This document shows positions 56,237-64,000 of a stretch of DNA of 64,000 nt, piece by piece. The notes under the pieces are model-generated. The model saw nothing but the letters and a program-made list of their open reading frames with translations, did not search any database and was not told where the DNA came from. Origin of the DNA: Octopus sinensis (lineage: Eukaryota); contig NC_043016.1 in the NCBI RefSeq assembly GCF_006345805.1, forward strand, positions 12,090,001-12,154,000, written 5' to 3'. Both the position numbers and the translations under genes were made by a program. The first letter of the stretch is position 1, and each line of letters begins with the position of its first letter.

Positions 56237-56593
56237 CATACATGTGTGTCTACCTGCTGGAAATAACAGTCAAAACTCCTTTAAATTGCCAAAATACACT
56301 GATAATGACTACAGAAATCAACCTTCCAAAGGCAAACGGGCTAGACAATCTCCCAACGTACATTTAAGTATTTGGACTAACATGGACCAGTTTCTGCACT
56401 GGCAAAAAAGCCTCAGCTTCCCCAGCACGTGTTACCCGGTCCACGAGAGTCCAAATACTTATATGTACATTGGGAGATTGTCCTAGCCTGTTTACCTTTG
56501 GACAGTTGATTTCTGTAGTTATTATCAGAGTATTTTGGCTATTTAAATAAGAGTTTTGACCGTTATTTCAAGCAGGTAGACATACTTAGTATG
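56237..56593. mobile_element. Long-TIR fold-back/MITE-like element
   Basis: Imperfect inverted arms of ~150 bp (56237-56390 and 56436-56593) with a ~45-bp spacer. Confidence 0.7.
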
Positions 56594-57501
56594 TCCTTTG
56601 ATTAATTTTAGTCCTTCAGCTATTTAATGCCTCTTCTTTGGGGCCTGCAATCGCCTATATTATTCTGTTATTTTAAAATTGTTACACTAGATAATAACAG
56701 AGTATCTTCACAACTTATTTTTTTGTGAATTATATTTTCTCAAATTATTTGCTCCATATTGAAATATATATATGTATATATATATACATATGGCATGCTT
56801 CTTCCAGTTTCCATCTACCAAATCCACTCACAGGGCTTTGGGTGGCCTGATGCTATAGTAGAAGACACTTGCCCAAGGTGTCACGTATTGGAATTGAACC
56901 TGGAACCATGTGGTTGGGAAGCAAGCTTCTTACCACAGCCACTCCAGCACCTTGAACAATTTTTTTTCTACTTAGAGGAAGAGCAGTGCCTATAATCATT
57001 TCAGGATCCCCAAGACCTGAAGTCCTAACCCAAATGCTTGGAACCAAATGGACTCCAGTCAAGATGCTGAAGAAACATATGTGGTATGGTTGAACCCAGC
57101 AACAGATTAAAACCTACTAAACAAGAACAGAAATTATCACCGACTGGTTTCCACACAATGTTTATCTATCACTCACAAGGCTTTGGTTGACCCAGAGCTA
57201 TGGCAGAAGAAATTTGTCCAAGGAGTGGTGTAGTGAGATTGAACTGAAAAACCACATAGCTACAAATTGAAATTTCCAAACATAGTTATGTTTACATTCA
57301 TTTTGTTTGAGTAAATGCTTAGTTTTACAACTGGATGCTCTCGCTGTCACGATAATCATCATCATCAGTTTAACATTCACTTTTCCAGGTTGAAGTTTAC
57401 AGTAGCAGATTTCATATGGTTGGATGCCTTTCCTGTCACCAACCCGCACACATTTCATCATCATTGCATGATGTTGGCATGGAGGGACAAAATAATTGTT
57501 T

Positions 57502-57592
57502 TGCCTGCAGGGGGGACTTGAACCCACAACCTTCAGATGACTTAAGATTCAAACAGAAAAGTCTAATGCTCTACCAACTGAGCTATGCAGGC
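57502..57592 (-). tRNA. tRNA-Lys(TTT)-like gene or pseudogene with a ~17-nt insertion at the canonical intron position
   Basis: Acceptor stem GCCTGCA/TGCAGGC, D arm GCTC-AGTTGGTA-GAGC, anticodon stem TTAGA/TCTGA with CT-TTT, T loop TTCAAGT, TTTT terminator at 57492-57489. Defects: C at position 37, one T-stem mismatch, one extra C. Confidence 0.7.
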
Positions 57593-57904
57593 TAACATTT
57601 CCAAGTTAATATTTCCCCATGGCCTGACAAGTTTCCACAGGATACTGAAAATGTATGTCACTACTTGTTTGACAATGATAACCGTTTTACAAGTATCTCA
57701 TGATGTCAAGACAAGCATAGCCACACGCATGCATGTATGATGGCCTTCTTTCAGTTTCTGTCTACCAAATTCACTAACAAGGCTTTGGTTGACACAGACC
57801 TATAATAGAAGATAGTGGAACTGAACCCATGAGCATGTGGTTGGAAAGCAAACTTCTTACCACACAGCTGCAACTAGTTACAGCTTACCAAAACGTGAAA
57901 CAGA

Positions 57905-58246
57905 ATGCCAGCGCCGCCCCGACTGGCTTCAGTGCCGGTGGCACATAAAAAGCACAATCCGAACGTGGCCGTTGCCAGCGCTGCCTTGGCTGGCTTCCAT
58001 GCTGGTGGCACGTAAAAAGCACCAACCGATCGTGGCCGATGCCGGACCCCACCCTGGCACCTGTGCAGGTGGCACGTAAAAAGCACCCACTACACTCGCG
58101 GAGTGGTTGGCGTTAGGAAGGGCATCCAGCAGTAGAAACACTGCCAGATCAGACTGGAGCCTGGTGCAGCCTTCTGGCTTCCCAGACCCCGGTCAAACCG
58201 TCCAACCCATGCCAACACGGAAAACGGATGTTAAACGATGATGATG
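57905..58246 (+). mobile_element. Retroposon family C with (GAT)n tail. Copies at 26100-26358, 29255-29585, 46795-47280, 52560-52857, 62265-62630(-), plus short 3' ends at 14240, 23900 and 53060
   Basis: Internal GGTGGCAC(A/G)TAAAAAGCACC repeats, GGTTGGCGTTAGGAAGGGCATCCAGC, CCAACCCATGC..GTTAAACGATGATGAT. All copies are 5'-truncated. Confidence 0.85.
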
Positions 58247-58431
58247 AAACAAGGTGTAGATACATTAAGATCAAATCCTTAGAATTAGTCAGAGTCCCGC
58301 ACCTCCTCTATCCTCACAACAGAATGTCATACAGCATGGAATGAACTTACAACCAGGTCTAAGCAAGCAACAACTAATTTTGAATCGAACATTGTAATTT
58401 ATCTTCAAAGTAGTTTATAGTTAATACTTAC

Positions 58432-58474
58432 CATCATTTTCGAACATAAATTTCATATATCTTTTCTCCTTTTT
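58432..58474 (-). CDS. ZCCHC7: ZCCHC7 exon (KKEKRYMKFMFEND), phase 0 to 1
   Basis: Strong acceptor ttttcctctcttcag, donor gtaagt, 43 nt, frame-compatible with both neighbours. Confidence 0.75.
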
Positions 58475-58898
58475 CTGAAGAGAGGAAAAAAAAAAAAGAA
58501 TTATATAATGCTTGCAAATACTATTAAGATTCAGAAAGTAAATGGTGTTCAATTTGTTTAGGTAAATTAGTAAGAGCAACTACTTCCCCCATCGCTTGAA
58601 GTTTTAGTGCAAAACTTCTAGGAACAGGAAAGCAGTGAAAGTTAACTGTGTGTGTGTTGGGGGGGTGGGGGTGCACCCATACACCATGGAAAACCAGTGA
58701 GTCTTTAAACAAAGACTTTTCACCAGGTGTGGTCATGTGGTGAGGCATTAGGATTTTATCCAACATATTTCCCCTCTCAGATTCATACACTTATTGCAGC
58801 AGTGTTTTTTCTAAGCTCTGTAAAAGAATTTGGAAGGATGGGCTTCCAACCAGGCCTTTTGCCAGGAACTTTTCAGCACCCCTTCCTGTGTATGTATG

Positions 58899-58930
<32 letters not shown>

Positions 58931-59853
58931 CATACACGAAGGGAGTGGGGGTGTTGTATAGTTCCTGGCTTTTGGTAAAAGAAAATAGAGGAGGATCAGT
59001 TAATTATGATTTTATTCAACATATTCCCCTCTCAGATTTACACAATGCAGTGGTCCTTCAGTTTTTCCAAGCCTCGTAAAAGAACTTAGAAGGATGGGCC
59101 TCCAACCAGGCCTTTTGTGATACTCTTAAAGCCACAAAATTTTCACCACCCCCTTGTAATTGCCAAATACTTGCAACTGAAAGCTGTCATTTATTATCAG
59201 TTGAAATTCAAATCCCAAATGAACAGTATTCAGCACATTTCTCTGAACAATACTTGATTAATAATTTGAATGCCAAAATTAACAGGATTTGAGCAAACTT
59301 CCAAGGTTAATGGCAAAATACCCATTCAGACTATACAAATAGGTATTCAAAATTTAGGTAGTTCTTTTAAGGGTTTAGTTAGAAAGTGAAGAACAGCGTC
59401 CATGGCATTTTGGCAGGTAAAGGATGGAGAAAAAGGAGATTTGGTCATATTAACCCAGAGACCTGGCCCAGGTGCTTGCAACAGGACCGATTCAGACTTA
59501 ATCTGTCGCACAATTTATTTCTACCAACACTTGAGTGTAATGGGTGCATGTTATTTTGGCATAAGTGCTAGCGACATTTGTTTATACAATTTGAGACTAG
59601 TGAATGAACAGATGGAAAAGTGTTCATGCTTCAAAGACAGACTGAGAAGGTGAAGGGTCGATGCTCTTTTAGGAACCACCCAAATTTCCAAGGGTTAAAT
59701 GCTGACTTATGATACACCTGGTTACTTACAGATGCCGTCTTTCTTCTGTTCAGTTTGCAGTATTGTTTGTATAGTTGTGAAGATTTTAGAATAAAAATAT
59801 TAAAAGAAAAAGATTTATACAATAAATTAAAATGCAATGTTGCGCATACTTAC

Positions 59854-59949
59854 TTTTAAATTTTTTCTACTCACAAAGTTCTTTTTATAGCTGACGATGA
59901 AAGGATAACTAGGTTTGATGAACCTGTACATGGCTAGATTATAACAATC
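59854..59949 (-). CDS. ZCCHC7: ZCCHC7 exon (DCYNLAMYRFIKPSYPFIVSYKKNFVSRKNLK)
   Basis: Acceptor tttaaacag, donor gtaagt. Supplies the final Cys of CSNCGLVGHFAYDC. PSYPFIVSY resembles the post-knuckle PxSPFIxYY motif of ZCCHC7. An alternative in-frame gtgagt donor would end the exon at 59875. Confidence 0.85.
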
Positions 59950-60390
59950 CTGTTTAAAGATTAAAAACACATATATTAAAATGCATGTACATATGTATAA
60001 GATGTGTGTGTGTGTGTGGGTAAATATAAACAAACATTTGTTTTTATCAGAAGCGTTTGAATGTGTATTGTACGATACAAACAAGAAGGTGATATTGTTT
60101 TGAAACACAGTACTGCTGTTAGAATGGCAGAAAACAATGGGTAAATTACCCTTACAAAGTGAAAAAAGATTTCAACAAACAGCCATGCATACATACATAT
60201 TCCCTCTCGCTCTTTCGGAGAGGCACAAGCACCTACACGCACATATACACACACGGCAGTAACTTCCGCCTACCGAATTCAATCACAAAGCTTCGGTCGG
60301 CTCGGGGCTATAGTGGAAGACACCTACCCAAAGTGCCACGCAGTGGGACTGAACCTGAAACCATGTAGCTAGGAAGCAAGCTCCCTAACC

Positions 60391-60425
<35 letters not shown>

Positions 60426-60428
60426 TAC

Positions 60429-60459
<31 letters not shown>

Positions 60460-60904
60460 TATATATATAAATATATGAAAACACACACACACAAAAGTCT
60501 GCATGTGTGCACACAGAAAGAAACAGTATTACTAAATTTTATCCCTCTTCAAAAATTCATATTTAACAAAAAAAACAAACAAATGTTAAGTAAATTACTG
60601 CAAACTAAATAAATCAGAGCATACGATGCTGAATTGTCTGGAAACAAATGTGCTCTTATGACAAAATGTAGTCATTGTCATTATTTTGATGCCCACTTTC
60701 CCATGCTTGCAGGAGTTGGGTGGAGTTTAAATGTGGTGGATTAAATTGCCACCAACCCTAACCAGTTACTAAACAAGGAAACATTTCTCTCCATGGCCAG
60801 ACATGTTTTCACAAAACATTGGAAACAAATGACAACCACTCATAGGAGGATGACACTGGTTTACAACTAATATGCAATGTCAAGACAAGGAGACACAAAC
60901 ACAG

Positions 60905-61380
60905 TGTTCTATATTCCAGAAATGAGGTATTCTGTACATCATTTACATTGGATAGATATGTGTCCTCATCTTGTTTGTTGTTATCACAATGTTTCGGCTG
61001 GTTTATTCTCCAGCCTTCATCAGGCGTCCTGGTGGAATTTTGAACCCAACCCTGGGTTCTCATTCCTAAGGTTTTTTTTTTTGCTGATGTTATTTATTCA
61101 AGGCACTGCCTGGAATTGAACTTGGAATCTTGGGGTTAGTAGTCCAGTGTAATGGTTAAGAGCATGGGCTACTAACTCCAAGATTCCAAGTTCAATTCCA
61201 GGTAGTGCCTTGAATAAATAGTAATAATTATATCAGCAAAAAAATACCTTAGGAATGAGAACACAGGGTTGGGTTTAAAATTCTCCCAGGACACCTGATG
61301 AAGGCTGGAGAGTAAACCAGCTGAAACATTGTTGTGTTAACAACAAACAAGATGAGGACACATATCTGTCCAATGTATAT
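60905..61380. mobile_element. Head-to-head fold-back of a tRNA-headed, hammerhead-containing element
   Basis: Inverted arms 60944-61146 and 61165-61377. A/B-box-like head at 61146-61210. CTGATGA-AGGCTGG..CCAGC(C/T)-GAAA at 61295 (+) and 61023 (-). Confidence 0.65.
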
Positions 61381-62871
61381 AAATACACATACACATGAGC
61401 TTTCAGCTTACGTCTACCAAATCTATCTACAAGGCTTTGGTCAACCAAGGACAATAGTAGATAATACTTGCTCAAGGTGCCACACAGTTGGATTGAACCT
61501 AAGACCAGGTGTTTGGAAAGTGAACTTATCAGTGCCTTAATGCAAAATTAAAGAAATACAGTGAAGATGGTATTTTGGTATGTTATATTCCATTTTACTG
61601 TTAGTTCTTCATGCAACAAGAGTCTCTGGTTGTATCTATTCCAGCCACTCCATTCACTTGTATTAGGTATCAGTTTAATCAGTATTCACTCCTAAAATCC
61701 TGTAGTCATTCTAAGACCGGACAGTAACAGTTAAATAAGGATTCATTGATCAGGTATAAGAGAAACAAGCCTTAAGTCACTGTACGGATTTCTATTTCTA
61801 ATTCCAGAGTTATCTCCCCTACCTCCCATCTCTAGATTTAGCAATTAAAATTCTTCGTCCCCATTGTCATCATTGTTTAACGTCCGTTTTCCATGCAGGC
61901 ATGGGTTGGACGGTTTGACTGGTGACTGGCAGACCTCAGCAGGCCCCAATCTGGTCTGGCAGAGTTTCTACAGCTGGCTGCCCTTCCTAACGCCAACCAC
62001 TCAGAGTGTAGTTGGTGCAAAAAGAAACCAACTTAATAAGTACTGGTTTCGATTTGTTCCACTAAACCAGTCAAAGGCAGTACCACACACAGCACTGCCA
62101 CAGTCCAAGAACTGTAACAGGTAATTTTTGTGTACCTTTACCTAGACATCATGTGATGGTTGTGAAGGAGCATGATCATCATACAAGTGAGGTTGTTCAT
62201 TTCAAGTTGTGCTTGGAAACAGGTGAGAGTTGACAACAGAATGACCCGGGTGTAGAAATATTTCATCATCGTTTAACGTCCGCTTTCCATGCTGGCATGG
62301 GTTGGACGGTTCAACTGGGGTCTGGGAAGCCAGAAGGCTGCACCAGGCCAGTCTGATCTGGCAGTGTTTCTACAGCTGGATGCCCTTCCTAACGCCAACC
62401 ACTCCGTGAGTGTAGTGGGTGCTTTTTATGTGCCATCAACACAGGTGCCAGACGAGGCTGGCGAACGGCCACGCTCGGATGGTGATTTTTTATGTGCCAC
62501 CGACACAGGTGCCAGACGAGGCTGGCGAACAGCCACGCTCAGATGGTGTTTTTTTATGTGCCACCGACACAGGTGCCAGACGTGGCTGGCGAACGGCCAC
62601 GCTCGGATGGTGTTTTTTATGTGCCTCAACAAATTCTGTCTGACTCATGCAAGCATTGAAATGCAGATATTAAATGATGATGATGATGATGAGGTACAAT
62701 GAACTGTCACAGTAGAAGAAATACCTTTTGTTAGGTTAAGAGTGATAAAATTCAAGAATGCATGCAATTAGCATTTCCCACAGAATATAGTAAACAGATC
62801 AGTACAAATATATACAAAGGAAAAAAACCCCCAGCTAAATTAAATAAAGGATTGTTGATTAAAATACATAC

Positions 62872-62961
62872 ATAAGCGAAATGTCCAACCAGTCCACAAT
62901 TGGAGCAATAAACCCTTGGGTTACAACGAGATGGCGTCTTCATAATAGGTCCTTCTCTGGT
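62872..62961 (-). CDS. ZCCHC7: ZCCHC7 exon (TREGPIMKTPSRCNPRVYCSNCGLVGHFAY), most of the last CCHC knuckle
   Basis: Acceptor cttcag after a poly-T tract, donor gtatgt, 90 nt, phase 0. Contains C-x2-C-x4-H, completed by the next exon. Confidence 0.9.
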
Positions 62962-63863
62962 CTGAAGATCACATTGACATAAAAAAAAAAAAAAAAGAAA
63001 TAAAAACATTAGATAAAATTTGCCAGATTCTCCAACAAAACATTCTTTTCACAACCAGCTTTTCAAGTTTTCAATTCCCCATTACTCTTTTACTTGTTTC
63101 AGTCATTTGACTGCGGCCATGCTGGAGCACTGCCTTCAGTCGAGCAAATCAACCCCGGGACTTATTCTTTGTAAGCCCAGTACTTATTCTATCGGTCTCT
63201 TTTTGCCGAACCGCTAAGTGACGGGGACATAAACACACTAACACATACATATATATATATATATACATATATACGACAGGCTTCTTTAAGTTTCCGTTTA
63301 CCAAATCCACTCACATGGCATTGGTTGGCCCGGGGCTATAGCAGAAGACACTTGCCCAAGATGCCACGCAGTGGGACTGAACCCGGAACCATGTGGTTGG
63401 TTAGCAAGCTACTTACCACACAGCCACTCCTGCAGCTATAGTTTAAAATTTTTAAGTATTTAAGCCTTTAACATCAGATTATTTTGTTAAGTAATTTGCA
63501 AAGGAAACAGCAGTGTCACTGGGCACGCACGCACACGTGTGTGTGTGTGTGTGTCTTCCATCACCATATGACAACTGGTTCTGGTTTGTTTACATCCCTG
63601 TAACTTAGCAGTTCAGTATCAGAGTTCAACAAAATAAATACCAGTTTAAAAAAAAAAAAAAGTACTAGGATAAATTTGTTTGACTAAAACTCTTCAAGGC
63701 AAGAGCCCCAGCAGTCTAATCACTGAAACAAGTAAAAGATGAAGGACTATTTCCGTCAGCTTAAAATAAACTAAATTCTGAATGTAACGAAAAAGTTTCA
63801 CTATAAAGTTCATTTTTCTCTCAATCACACACACAAAAAAAACAAAAAACAAATAGGACTTAC

Positions 63864-63899
63864 GGTCGCATGGTATCTTCTCCAAAGATCAGGGCATTC
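63864..63899 (-). CDS. ZCCHC7: ZCCHC7/Air1-2-like exon (ECPDLWRRYHAT); gene continues beyond the right edge of the window
   Basis: Acceptor ttcttaaag, donor gtaagt, 36 nt, phase 0. Encodes the CPDLWRRYH linker, matching the (I/L)WRxY motif between knuckles of Air1/2 and ZCCHC7. Confidence 0.88.
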
Positions 63900-64000
63900 C
63901 TTTAAGAAAAAAACAAAAAAAAAAAAAACGATTGAATTTCAAATTATTCATAACAAAATTTCAATGTCCTAATGAGTAAATAGTGAAACTTAACTTTTGT

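Overview
AT-rich, microsatellite- and SINE-dense animal genomic DNA. The SINE types suggest a coleoid cephalopod, most likely Octopus (inference). Nearly all ORFs in the supplied track are microsatellite or SINE artefacts. The only host gene I can support is the 3' half of a ZCCHC7/Air1-2 zinc-knuckle gene on the minus strand: 9 small coding exons, 63899 to a stop at 52170, with a Lys-rich tail built from microexons. One of its introns holds an apparently intron-containing tRNA-Lys(TTT)-like gene. The rest is tRNA-derived SINEs, RTE and CR1 LINE remnants, Tc1/mariner and hAT relics, and tandem repeats. The most interesting signal is a set of short non-coding elements, mostly in (TA)n/(CA)n tracts, carrying type I hammerhead-ribozyme motifs with palindromic stem III (at about 11.8, 20.2, 24.8, 27.4, 43.1, 44.0 and 61.0/61.3 kb). 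Several are arranged as long fold-back palindromes and one has a tRNA-like Pol III head. They look like diverse Penelope-type or retrozyme-like elements. All folds and alignments were done by eye.
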